In this document: one piece after another, positions 1 through 11,592 of the stretch
Position numbering within the stretch: position 1 is the stretch's first letter
Layout of the letters: every line of letters begins with the position of its first letter
Origin: Mobula hypostoma
Lineage: Eukaryota
Direction of reading: 5' to 3'
NCBI RefSeq assembly: GCF_963921235.1
Contig: NC_086118.1
Coordinates: forward strand, 17,176,001 to 17,240,000
Length of the DNA stretch: 64,000 bases
The notes under the pieces: generated by a model
Databases searched by the model: none
Told to the model about the DNA's origin: nothing
What the model saw: the letters and a program-made list of their open reading frames with translations, nothing else
Position numbers and translations under genes: made by a program

Positions 1-895
1 CCCCTTGATTGGGTAAAGGGAGATCCAGGGCTAAAATGGTGCTTTGCAACAAGGGGACTGCATGCAAAATATTATGAATAGTGGAATATTGTAGGGAGAA
101 ACATAACTGAATCATGAAAATGGCATATGTGATAACACCTTGTAAACAGTCACAATTCATGCAGACCCCTGGAAAACACAGTGATGTTACTAAAGATTCT
201 GCTGTGATCATTGTCCTATTTCCTACTGACTCCTTGAATATATTCTCAGACTCAGGACAGCCACTCTTCTGGGAGCTTCTTGTGACCACATTCCAGTCTG
301 GGATCCTGCCTTAAACCACTTCCACTGCCCCAGTCACCTTCACCAAATGTCACACCACTCATTCTGATCACTTGAAAATACTGTCACTTTCATTGGTACC
401 GCCTGCAAACTGTGTCGCATTCCTGAGGGCAGCCTGGGAACACAACCACTCCTAGGTGAATGCTGCACACAAATCTGGCTCCACTACTCCATCCATTGTC
501 TCCCTCAGATCTAAATAATTGAAACGTATAAATATATTTCCTTTTGTCATGACATTCTGCATTCTCCTGTTCTTGACTCCACTGCTGAAGTGAAGAATTT
601 GCTCCCCTCTGCTCTGTCAGATCCCCAACAACTGTCCTTGTTCAAGTTTAATTGCCAATCAACCATCCAGTCAAGCACAGATGCCGCCACCACAGATTCT
701 CCAATCTATACATAGCACCAAAGACAACTCAAAGTAGATAGTTATCACAAATACTCACCAACCAGTCAACTGCCAGCTACCTGACTTGCAAAAAAGTCAC
801 ACCACCAAGAAAATGCCAGTGTTGAGCTGCTCCTCATAATCCTGTTCATCTTATTGTGTCAAAGCCCCTGACTGACTGCTCTGTCCTCATTGAGG

Positions 896-1232
896 TGTTA
901 TAACCTCACCTAGACAGTCAGCCAAACTCTATTGAAAAACAGCATGAGCCTCTTCGCTCCTTGGTTTTATTGCAAACTCAACTGAATGACATAGTGAATA
1001 AGAAGTGAAACTTTAGATTAACTTCTAAACAATATAACATCAACTTACAAGCAATACTTCTGCTTGGAAAAAACAGGACGGCTTCAGATAGAAATGTCTT
1101 TCGTTCCTAATATAAACCTCTGGCCTCCTGCCAATCAATGTACTTTATACTTACTACTTCCTGGCTGCACAGGAAGTGACCTAATACCAATCTAAAGGTG
1201 CTCATTAAAATAAAAGTTAAATATGCTTAACA
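896..1232. mobile_element. Possible solo LTR
   Basis: Starts TGTTA, ends TAACA, with a minus-strand AATAAA; no clear TSD. Confidence 0.3.
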
Positions 1233-1422
1233 TAAATCAATTGCATGAAAGGCAGAGCCTCCACTCTGAAGACCATGCACTCCAATGACCACTGTGGAGA
1301 ATACAGTGGACGGCACAATCCGTTCTTTTCTGAAAAGGGCTCTAGTGGGGATGCTAATGGGTGAACTCATCTTTTAGTTCTGTCTTTACTATTTTAAGAT
1401 TGACACTGTAATTGTATCTTAC

Positions 1423-1610
1423 ATTCTTTCCATCTACTTAATGAAAACTGTCAGTGAATAAATTAAATGAGAAAAAGACTTTTTTTGTTCCATGTCATAA
1501 GCCTGGAATAAACAGTTAACAGTGAATCAAAGCAATGGTTTGTGGCTCTAAATGCAGAAGCTGCACTCCAAATGGACGGCACTAGGCATCCCAACTTACT
1601 GGCATGAACA
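1423..1610 (-). pseudogene. GREB1-like copy B exon remnant
   Basis: Strong acceptor tttttgttccag; translates CRPFGVQLLHLEPQTI...NLFTDSFH*VD versus GREB1 LEPHSI...NLDLGSFEKVD with near-identical spacing. The 3' end is uncertain (donor at 1422, or extends to about 781). Confidence 0.55.
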
Positions 1611-1765
1611 CTGGAACAAAAATATAAAACAACCTAATCTTATGTATATAATAAGAATAAGTGAGCAATAAATATGTCTGCACACATGGGTTAATGACTG
1701 TCTATTTGATTACAGAAAAGAAAATAAATAATGAAGCATTTACTAAAGCACTGGAATTTGCTTAC

Positions 1766-2305
1766 AGGCCCATCATGGGACTAATTTCAAGAAAACTAAA
1801 GCAGACACTTAAAAGTAAGTTTGGAAAACTAAAATTTTCATAACACATCTATGCCCAGACTTCATTCTCTGAGAGCAACCATGGACAAACAACCCTCACT
1901 GTTTAGTTTTCTAGTCCTTTTCATTTTTAAATATTTCAATATGTTAAAAAGTCACAGCAACCCACAACTCTTTTAGTTTCCACTTCACAAAGACTTGTGT
2001 AGATGGAGACCAGCACAATGTTTTTAACTCAGGATCAACTGCAGACTTCCAGAGGGAATAAGAAACATTTTATTTATACCAGACCAACAATGAATCTCTG
2101 ATCTTCAGAATTTGAGAGTCAATCTAGTTGCTAAGATATGGGGGAAGATGTAATTAAATAAGAAATTATAATCGCTGAATTACTAGACGGGAAGGACAAG
2201 CAAAAAAAAAATCTGTGAATTGTTTTTGTGAGTAACATCTGAAATGCGGATTTAGAGTATTGATTTCTTCAGTCCCTGAGCTTTGACAGGTTCGTCATGT
2301 TCAAT
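1766..2305 (-). pseudogene. GREB1-like copy B exon remnant
   Basis: Acceptor tcttctag, donor GTAAGC. RDSLLVW..VSYSL~NDSVHVI..CAYSL; RVVCPWLLSENEVWA*MCYENFSFPNLLLSVCFSFL aligns without gaps to RILSESLLTPAEYQKEVNYELVTGKVDSLGAFFSTL. One frameshift near 1910 and several stops. Confidence 0.68.
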
Positions 2306-3495
2306 CTAGAAGATAGCTTGCTGATGTTTGGTGAAACATAAGTTAACATACCAGCAAATAATTCAGAACTGAAAAGCTAAAACAATCCTGCAGATTATTG
2401 GAAAATAAGAACAGAAGTAATTGGAAATATTCAGCATGTGGAAAGAGAAACATAGTTAACACCTCTGATTGAAGATTCATCGGCAGAACTGAGAAGATGA
2501 AAGCAAGTTCAACTTGCAAAGAACATGGTAGATAGGACAAAGGAAGAAATGTGATAGGCTGAGGCCAATGTTTACCCAAATGTGTGGTTTCCAGATCACT
2601 AATAAATCCCAGGTTATGGCAGAGATCTGTTCCTTTGAACAATCTGCAAGTCAAAAATGCAGCTTCAAATGGAGGGTCCAAGGTGACAGAAAATGCCTGT
2701 AGCCTCTCAGCAGCCATTCCTATAGTTAGTGACAAATAGCAAAAGACAGAGAAACATGTGAATATTGCAAAATACATGTCAAAATTGATGCAGAATCCTG
2801 AAAACAAAATGAGAATGCCCAACAGATCCGGTAGTATATGGAAACCAACAAAATAAAAGAGCAACTTTTGAGCAGGAAAGGTATATTCTGATACAAACAG
2901 GAAAGGTGAGCCCACTAGAAACATCAAATTCAAGTGCAAAAAGCTGTTATTTGCCTGGACAGACAATGTTATTATGCAAACTTATCATGTGTTGGGTTTC
3001 ATTCAAATAGTATCGAAGACTATCAAAAGAGAGATTGGGAATGAATTCTGAGCTTCCCATTATCTACTATTTTAATTTACTTGGGCTTGTTATTTATGCC
3101 ACATATACTTTAGCAAGCTCTGTATGATAGGCCAATACATTTCATTTCAGCTTACAAAGACACATACTTCAAAGATTAACTCAATTTCACAGATAAAGTT
3201 TTAAAACCAGATTAGAGTCATCTGTTTCAGATTTATTATCTCATGATCTAAAACAATCACATCAAGAAATCAACTGTTAAATAATTTGGTGATGCAGCCA
3301 GGCAGAGATCTTACAAAGATCTAGAACCAGGTCGGCACACATTCAACACATTGGAAATGTCAAAAAAACAATTTGCAAAATAATGTTTGATTTTATAGAT
3401 GTAGAAATATAATGATCACTATTTACCAGCTGCAAACATAATCTATTCATCTTGTTAAAGGGTTAACCTATTTTCCAACAACTCCAGATACTAAC

Positions 3496-3578
3496 AAGAT
3501 GCAGCTTGTAGACCAAAGCTCTATACAGTAGGTAACCTCAAAGATTGAATAGCAAGAGGGCAGAAGTGCTTGACTTGC
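3496..3578 (-). pseudogene. Candidate copy B exon remnant
   Basis: AG/GT bounded and phase-compatible with the previous exon (MRQ|QVKHFCPLAIQSLRL); similarity is weak. Confidence 0.35.
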
Positions 3579-3826
3579 CTAATTTAAACAAATCTAGCTG
3601 TTCCAATGGTTTGGAATCAAATTACTGTAATAGTTTACTGTACTGGGAAATTTTTCTCCCTTCACCAATACAATCAAAATCTGGTAATTTACTTCGTTGC
3701 CATATTGGGATTTGGTATGTTATTTACTTTTTCATGTGATAATTATTAACTGCTTTTCAGAAAAGCTAGTAACAGTTTGACAACGAAGTGCATGAAAACA
3801 AGAGGACTTGCTTTTGTGCATCTTAC

Positions 3827-3957
3827 TGACGCATGGCTCCAAATAGAAGTATCAAAAGTATGAGTAGGTGTTCTTCATTGGCATTATTTCATAACCATAT
3901 ATGATTACAATACTTGTACCATCAGCAGTAATTTAGCTGCACCATGACCAAAGTAGA
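3827..3957 (-). pseudogene. GREB1-like copy B exon remnant
   Basis: Acceptor atttcag, donor GTAAGA. YFGHGAAK at the start and NEEHLLILLILLFGAMRQ~SEEMQLLLTVYYLVQLAADQ at the end; internal frameshifts. Confidence 0.62.
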
Positions 3958-4185
3958 CTGAAATCCCTTGGTTAGGATTAACTACTTTTGTAAACAACCT
4001 AATTGTACAAAATTCAGGGCTGTCTTCAAACTTTATCCAATCATTAATTTGCTGCCTTGCTACTTAATTTCACATTCATAGCCCATCTGCAAGTCTCAGA
4101 ATTGCAACTGTCCATTGTGGAGAAACTAAACCCACCATTAACAGCCGACAAATTGAACAAACTACTGTGTGAGAAAAGTACATAC

Positions 4186-4293
4186 TGACTGGTATTCCAG
4201 TAAAGTCCCTTCCTCTTCCTCCTCCAAACTCCACCAAGGACTGTGGTTCATTTTGGCTGTTGAAGTGTGGCTGTCAGGCCTAACATGCAAGGC
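4186..4293 (-). pseudogene. GREB1-like copy B exon remnant (108 nt)
   Basis: Polypyrimidine acceptor ctctcacttgccag, donor GTATGT; splicing to the next block reconstructs PQSLVEF...GIPV|IYFGHG~PDNLLKI...KPVIFKGHG. Confidence 0.62.
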
Positions 4294-4604
4294 CTGGCAA
4301 GTGAGAGATGAAAAAAAATGGCTGCAAATATTCAGTGGTGAAAATAGTCACCCACCAGATACCTGGTACACAAAAGTGAGTCAAAATACCATATAATTTA
4401 TTCAATATTTACTATCAGACCTTCTATACTTCCAACATCATAGCAATACACAAACAGGTAGCAGCCAAATCCTCAAGAGCGTTACACAAAAAAAAATCAC
4501 TAAAGTAACAAGATAAGCAGTAGTGATTTATTTAATGGATTTCTAGCTAACATGATGGCTGATCTGAAAGTTAGCCCCAAAACAACCCATAACAGAGTGT
4601 TAGG

Positions 4605-5300
4605 ATTACTGATTGATGCTGTTGATATTTTCTTTTCCATGCAGATTAACTGTAGCAATCTTTTCATCCAAGGGAAGGGATGTAAGTGGCACTGGGGTGA
4701 GATGCAATGGATGCTCTGAGTTGTCAGCTAAGTTGTTAGTGTTGATGGAAAAAAATGGACTCCATGCAGTCTGGTGCTATCAATTCTTCAGAAAGCTTTC
4801 TATTGTCAAATTTGGCTTTAAAAAATTGAACTGTGTTCAAGCAATTCCTTGCCTGAGGTAAGACTTATGTCCTCGGTTTGTTATCAGCAGAAACATAACT
4901 GGTATTTTTTTTACTAATCTTCCCGCTCTGCTGAACATGCAAGGTAAAGTCTCTGTCATCAGTCGGTATTAACTGGCATTCTGCTGAAACATACGTTAAT
5001 TTTCTAAATGTTACACGAGAAATTAGTTTCTAATTGTTTGTCTTTTACGTAAATTGAATCTTTAATGCTTTTTTTAGCTCATGTTTAGAATGTATGGGGG
5101 TGGGTTGCTGGCCACTACTGCTCCATTACCAGAATTGCAGTCAAGTCTGCCAGGGGAGATTTTTCCTCAAAACATTAATCCAGAGAATTGCTTGATTTCT
5201 CCCATCTCCTTTACTGTTTTGAAACACAGTTCTAACTCTGCCAAAACAAGCTTAGCACAGGCTAAAGCAAGATTTTGATTCCTTCCCATCACTAAGCTCA
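4605..5300 (-). pseudogene. Candidate decayed linker exon of copy B
   Basis: Unique sequence with protein-like interrupted frames (LALACAKLVLAELELCFK...; INTNNLADNSEHPLHLTP...), lying between recognised exons; no motif match. Confidence 0.3.
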
Positions 5301-5546
5301 TGTTTAATTATCATTTAATGAAACATTAATATAGCCAAATAAAACAGCATTCCTCTGGGGCCAAGACACAACACACATTACCAACAGCACACAGCACAAA
5401 TAGTACATATGATTATAGTTTCAGAAAAACATACAGTCACAAAGAAAAACATAATAATTTTGTCTAAGTGCTTGAGTGGCATGACTGTAGTCCTGGTCCA
5501 GCTTGTTCTTCCACTGAGTGAACGCTGTAATTTACGGTTTATATTA

Positions 5547-7012
5547 CAGGTTTCCCCTGCCATCCGAAGGTAGAGCGTTCCTATGAAACAGTTCATAAGC
5601 CGGAATGTCGTAAAGTGAAGAAGCAATTACGATTTATTTATATGGGAAAATTTTGTGAGCGTTCGCAGACCCAAAAATAACCTACCAAATCATGCCAAAT
5701 AACACATAAAACCTAAAATAACAGTAACATATAGTAAAACCAGGAACGATATGATAAATACACAGCTTATATAAAGTAGAAATACTTTTCCACAATCATT
5801 GCCTGAACTGTTCTGCTTAGCGAAAATCTCACCCAAGCGCCGTCGGCAAAAACACGGCACAAGCACTTCCCAGTAACCTTTAAGCTATGGAGCTGCCAAA
5901 TCATACCAAATAACAAGTAAAAATACACAGCCGATATAAAGTAGAAATAATGTATGTACAGTGTAGTATCACTTACCAGAATTCGGACAGCGTCGAGCAC
6001 ACTGATGATGGTGTGTTAGACTGAGTCAGAGTTTATGTGGTGCAGTGGCCTCCACCCTCCGGGCAGCAACCCAATACATTGCCGCGAAGCATGCAGGGGT
6101 CCAGCGGTAGCCGGGAAGCACACAACATATCTTTAAGAAAAAAGCCAAAATAAACAAGCTAATTAATTAGGTGCCGCCTGGCATGTAATTAACTAGCATG
6201 TTTATTTCGGCTTTTTTATTAAAGATGTGCTGTGTGTCTCCCGGCTACCACTGCATTCTCCGCAAATTGGTACAGATGCGGCCTGGGGGTTGGGGTGGTG
6301 GGACACTGGGGTATCATCCCATCGTCATCTGTTTCCATTAGAGCAGGCAGCTCATCTTCTCCTATGACTGCCTGCCTCGATGTCAAAGGTCGAGGTTCGT
6401 TGTCTGCTGTGGAAGGCTTGCTTGACTGCCGAGCCTCGCGCATTTTTCTACCATACAGTTCTTTGTAAGCACTCAAACCATCCTGCAAATACCCCCTAAA
6501 CCTACGTACCCTTTCAAAATTAAAGTTGTACTTTATCATTACTCATTTGGTTTCAATTGTTATCCTTTCCTCTTCCAATTGCATCAGCTCTTCATCCATC
6601 AGTTCTTGGTCGTGGGATGCCAAAACCTCTTCAACATCATCTTCGTCAGCTTCCACAAGCCAAACTCATTTCGTCCTTACTTCATTCACCACGATCAAAA
6701 TGCTTAATTATGTCTAGTTTTACGCAAAGTGTAACACCCTTACGAGCTCTTTCAGGCTTTTCCGACACCTTAGAACTCACCTTGCAAACGGCTGCTCACA
6801 GGCACGTGTTTAAGCAATGCCGGCGAGATTGCAGTTCCGAATCCGGGGGAGAGCAGTTGCTCGGGGCGCGCGGCACGCTGCCTTTTATCGCGCGCTGATT
6901 TTTTTTGTAAAAAGTGAAAACACCTTCTGTTAGCGAAAACAGGGTACTAATGTAGGTCTTTCGTAACAGTGAGGTTTCCTAAAGCGAATGTTCAAAAAGC
7001 GGGGGACACCTG
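5547..7012 (-). mobile_element. Tigger/pogo-family DNA transposon, internally deleted
   Basis: TIRs CAGGTTTCCCC...GGGGACACCTG with TA TSDs; keeps only the first ~30 codons and the C-terminus (ORF 6219-6539) of the transposase; inserted in a Rex1-type 3' tail. Confidence 0.88.
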
Positions 7013-7545
7013 TATTGTGTATTGCATTGTAATGCTGCCACGTAACAACAAATTTCACAACATATGCCTACGATATTAAACCTGGTTCTGATTCTGATTC
7101 TGGTGACGACCAACTATTGTATCCAGTCCAAATTATTCACTTCCTTTTTGAGGTAGGAAAACTGATTAGGTGATATAACTAAAGGTTATAATTACACTAG
7201 TTTTTCAGGCTAGGTACATTTTGCCATTGTTGAACACAACGGCAGCTTTTCTGCTCTGTATGTTGAGGCCTCATGGTAAGAACTGCTTGGATTCAAGCCC
7301 AGGTCAACAAATAGTTAGAAGTCCAAACCAAATATATTGCTACTTCAAGTTTTCTACAATTTCCAAACTTGCAACAACCACATTGAGTAGTCATGACTTG
7401 AAGGAACAATTCAAATTAAAAACCATCAGTATTAGAGCACAATTTCAACCAGTTCTGGAACATGTAAACATATGGGTATAATCTAATTAGAAGTCTATTT
7501 AATAATTGCATATTTCCTGAATATACATTATTTTATGAAAATGTA

Positions 7546-8030
7546 GCAACTGGTTACATTTATGAACATCAACTGGCTGTCAAGTGGCATGACCAACTCT
7601 CCCTAGTCTCTACCCATGAGGATCGAGAGGGGCAAAAATTTAATTGGGCATCAGAGAAAGTCATGGCATAAGCAAATATGTGGCATGCATGAGAATTCCT
7701 AGAAACATTGTTTCCACAAACAATTCTATAAGCAGGCCTTGGCCCCATTTATAAGCAAATGTGGGCAAAATTCCAGACAAAGAACAATATTTTGCCACGC
7801 AACCAATCAGTGACAAGAACCCCTCCCTACATCACAACTGAGTTCCCATATTGACAACCAATCACTGACTGACAAATCGATAAAAGCCAAGCATTTGGAG
7901 GACACACCATAAGTGAACAGCGCACTGATGAGATCTCCTCGTATGGTGATGAAACATTTACAAATGGATTGCCAAGATCGGAGAACAACTCAACCCAACT
8001 ATCAACTACCCGTGGTACACTTTTTCAAAG
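7546..8030 (+). mobile_element. Penelope-like element 3' fragment (second family)
   Basis: Translates IYEHQLAVKWHDQLSLVSTHEDREGQKFNW...EFLE, resembling the C-terminal part of a GIY-YIG endonuclease, followed by a hammerhead-like motif. Confidence 0.72.
7921..7960 (+). ncRNA. Degenerate minimal hammerhead ribozyme motif
   Basis: CTGATGA (7925-7931), imperfect stem II, GAAA (7951-7954) in the Penelope 3' region; stem I eroded. Confidence 0.45.
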
Positions 8031-9341
8031 TTATTTCCAAATGTGGCAATCATTTCAAAGTGGAAAGTGTGCAGCGTATCCACACCTGAAGAGAAACCAT
8101 GGTGAGTAACTGCGACAAAGCCAAATATGGGGCTGAAAGGTTACACTTAAGAAATGGCACATTTGGTTTGAATTTGATTTGAATAGTACAGCACAGTACA
8201 GGCCTTTCGGCCCACAATGTTGTGCCGACCCTCAAACCCTGCCTCCCATATAAGCCCCCACCTTAAATTCCTCCATATACCTGTGTAGTAGTCTCTTAAA
8301 CTTCACTAGTGTATCTGCCTCCACCACTGACTCAGGCAGTGAACTCCACGCACCAACCACTCTCTGAGTAAAAAACCTTCCTCTAATATCCCTCTTGAAC
8401 TTCCCACCCCTTACCTTAAAGCCATGTCCTCTTGTGTTGAGCAGTGGTGCCCTGGGGAAGAGGCGCTGGCCATCCACTCTATCTATTCCTCTTATTATCT
8501 TGTATACCTCTATCATGTCTCCTCTCATCCTCCTTCTCTCCAAAGAGTAAAGCTTAATCTCTGATCATAATGCATACTTTCTAAACCAGGCAGCATCCTG
8601 GTAAATCTCCTCTGTACCCTTTCCAATGCTTCCACATCCTTCCTACAGTGAGGTGACCAGAACTGGACACAGTACTCCAAGTGTGGCCTAACCAGAGTTT
8701 TATAGAGCTACATCATTACATCGCGACTCTTAAACTCTATCCCTCGACTTATGAAAGCTAACACCCCATAGGCTTTCTTAACCACCGTATCCACCTGTGA
8801 GGCAACTTTCAATGATCTGTGGACATGTACCCCAAGATGCCTCTGCTCCTCCACACTACCAAGTATCCTGACATTTACTTTGTACTCTGCCTTGGAGTTT
8901 GTCTTTCCAAAGTGTACCACACACTTTTCTGGGTTGAACTCCATCTGCCACTTCTCAGCCCACTTCTGCATCCTATCAATGTCTCTCTGCAATCTTTGAC
9001 AATCCTCTACACTACCTACAACACCACCAACCTTTGTGTCGTCTGCAAACTTGCCAACCCACCCTTCTACCCCCACATCCAGGTCGTTAATAAAAATCAC
9101 AAAAAGTAGAAGTCCCAGTACAGATCCTTGTGGGACACCACTAGTCACAATCCTCCAATCTGAATGTACTCCCTCCACCACCACCCTCTGCCTTCTGCAG
9201 GCAAGCCAATTCTGAATCCACCTGACCAAACTTCCCTGGATCGCATGCCTTCTAACTTCCTGAATAAGCCTACCGTGTGGAACCTTGTTGAATGCCTTAT
9301 TAAAATCCATATAGATCACATCCACTGCACTACCCTCATCT

Positions 9342-10774
9342 GTTGTTGTTGTTCTTGTTGTTGTTGTTGTTGGTCCTTCGTTGTCGAAGATGACCATGGC
9401 TTCAAAGTCAAATGGGTGATTGGTGGCTGTGGGTCCGGAGGTGACTGATGAGGCCAATCCGGGCCCTGAAGACTCGCCCACATGTGGGACACAAGTGGGT
9501 GGGTGCTGTCGTGGCAATGGATGCTGCTCGGGCCTTGCGCACAGCATGCTTTCGTTGCGCCTCGATGATGCGCCTGACTTCAGCTGCACGGGCTGCTGTG
9601 GTGATCTTGCTGCGCCAAGCTGGACAGTCGAGGGCAAGCGTCTCCCACGTGTTGATGTTGACACCCAGGCCTTTGAGGGACACTTTAAGGCAGTCTTTGT
9701 AACGTTTCTTCTGCCCCCCAACTGAGTGCTTGCCCTGACACAGTTCTCCGTACAGCAGCTGCTTAGGCAATCGGCTGTCTGGCATTCTGACCACATGTCC
9801 AGCCCACCTGGCTTGGGCTTTCAGCAGGAGGGTGTAGACGCTGCAGAGCCCAGCTCGTTCCAGGATTTCCGTGTCGGGGACTTTGTCCTGCCACCTGATG
9901 TGGAGGAGTCTGCGGAGACAGCTCAGGTGAAAGTGGTTGAGCTGTTTGGCGTGTCTGCTGTAGACAGTCCAGGTCTCGCTGGCGTAAAGGAGGGTGGTAA
10001 GGACCACTGCACAGTAGACCTTCAGCTTGGTGGTAAGGCTGAGTCTTCTCTGCTCCCAGACGTTCGTTCTCACGGAGTCTCCCAAAGGCAGCACTGGCTT
10101 TGGCAATCCTGTTGTTGACCTCAGCGTCTATGTTCACTGCACAAGAGAGTATGCTGCCCAGATAAGTGAAGTTGTTGACTGCCTGGAGGTTCTGGCCCTT
10201 CATCGTGATGCGCGGCTCCTGGTATGGCTTTCCTGGGGCAGGCTGGTACATAGCTTCCGTCTTTTTGGTGCTGATAGTGAGACCGAAGTTGTCGCAGGCT
10301 TGTGAGAAGCAGTCCATTTCACGCTGCATCTCCTGCTCTGTGCTGGCATTGAGTGCACAGTCATCAGCAAACAACAAGTCTCTGATGACAGTCTCTCGCA
10401 CCTTTGTAACTGCCTGCAGGCGCCTAAGGTTGAACAACCTGCCATCAGTCCTGTACCTGACGTGGATTCCTTCTTTGTAGTTACGGAAGGCATCTGTCAG
10501 CATGGCAGAGAATACCATACTGAACAGAGTCAGGGCAAGAACGCAGCCTTGTTTGACGCCATTTGTCACTGGGAAGGCCTCCGACTTGTCGCCGTCATCC
10601 AGAACTTTCACCATCATACCGTCATGGAACTGACGGGTGATTGTGATGAACTTGCTGGGGCAGCCAAACTTCTCCATGATCTTCCACAAGCCTTCTCTGC
10701 TGACCGTATTGAAAGCCTTGGTTAGATCGACAAAGGTCATGAAGAGGTCGCTGTGTTGCTCCTGGCATTTTATA
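9342..10774 (-). mobile_element. 5'-truncated RTE-clade LINE nested in CR1 ORF2
   Basis: RTE-type RT (FVDLTKAF, GVKQGC, LLFADD), C-terminal C2H2 finger (CPTCGR..HLRTH), (CAA)n tail; TCATCT duplicated at 9336-9341 and 10775-10780. Confidence 0.93.
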
Positions 10775-11592
10775 TCATCTATATGCCTGGTCACCTCCTC
10801 AAAGAACTCTATCAGGCTTGTTAGACACGATCTGCCCTTCACAAAGCCATGCTGACTGTCCCTGATCAGACCATGATTCTCTAAATGCCTATAGATCCTA
10901 TCTCTAAGAATCTTTTCCAACAGCTTTCCCACCACAGACGTAAGGCTCACTGGTCTATAATTACCCAGACTATCCCAACTACCTTTTTTGAACAAGGGAA
11001 CAACATTCGCCTCCCTCCAATCCTCTGGTACCATTCCCGTGGACAATGAGGACATAAAGATCCTAGCCAGAGGCTCAGCAATCTCTTCCCTCGCCTCGTG
11101 TAGCAGCCTGGGGAATATTCCATCAGGCCCCAGGGACTTATCTGTCCTAATGTATTTTAACAACTCCAACACCTCCTCTCCCTTAATATCAACATGCTCC
11201 AGAATATCAACCTCACTCATATTGTCCTCACCATCATCAAGTTCCCTCTCATTGGTGAATACCGAAGAGAAGTATTCATAGAGGACCTCGCTCACTTCCA
11301 CAGCCTCCAGGCACATCTTGCCACCTTTATCTCTAATCAGTCCTACCTTCACTCCTGTCATCCTTTTTTTCTTCACATAATTGAAGAATGCCTTGGGGTT
11401 TTCCTTTACCCGACTCGCCAAGGCCTTCTCATGCCCCTTTCTTGCTCTTCTCAGCCCCTTCTTAAACTCCTTTCTTGCTTCCCTATATTCCTCAATAGAC
11501 CTATCTGATCCTTGCTTCCTAAACCTCATGTATGCTGCCTTCTTCCACCTGACTAGATTTTCCACCTCACTTGTCACCCATGGTTTCTTCAC
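9763..11592 (-). CDS. Chimeric CR1-RTE reverse transcriptase ORF (609 aa; retroelement-derived, expression unknown)
   Basis: Open frame joins CR1 ...FFEEVTRHIDD to RTE IKCQEQHSDLFMTFVDLTKAF; slips out of the RTE frame near 10070. Confidence 0.6.
   Translation of the reverse strand: MKKPWVTSEVENLVRWKKAAYMRFRKQGSDRSIEEYREARKEFKKGLRRARKGHEKALASRVKENPKAFFNYVKKKRMTGVKVGLIRDKGGKMCLEAVEVSEVLYEYFSSVFTNERELDDGEDNMSEVDILEHVDIKGEEVLELLKYIRTDKSLGPDGIFPRLLHEAREEIAEPLARIFMSSLSTGMVPEDWREANVVPLFKKGSWDSLGNYRPVSLTSVVGKLLEKILRDRIYRHLENHGLIRDSQHGFVKGRSCLTSLIEFFEEVTRHIDDIKCQEQHSDLFMTFVDLTKAFNTVSREGLWKIMEKFGCPSKFITITRQFHDGMMVKVLDDGDKSEAFPVTNGVKQGCVLALTLFSMVFSAMLTDAFRNYKEGIHVRYRTDGRLFNLRRLQAVTKVRETVIRDLLFADDCALNASTEQEMQREMDCFSQACDNFGLTISTKKTEAMYQPAPGKPYQEPRITMKGQNLQAVNNFTYLGSILSCAVNIDAEVNNRIAKASAAFGRLRENERLGAEKTQPYHQAEGLLCSGPYHPPLRQRDLDCLQQTRQTAQPLSPELSPQTPPHQVAGQSPRHGNPGTSWALQRLHPPAESPSQVGWTCGQNARQPIA

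Noticed and set aside
2343..2966. 207-aa hydrophobic minus-strand ORF
   Set aside because: Reverse of A-rich sequence containing old Penelope-like termini; no recognisable domain or splice context.
3827..3957. YFGHGA...LLFG resembling the separase catalytic region
   Set aside because: No catalytic Cys and no other separase motifs; neighbouring exons fit GREB1 collinearly.
4200..4240. LVEFGGGRG resembling a SAM-binding methyltransferase motif I
   Set aside because: No downstream methyltransferase motifs; lies in a purine-rich low-complexity run.
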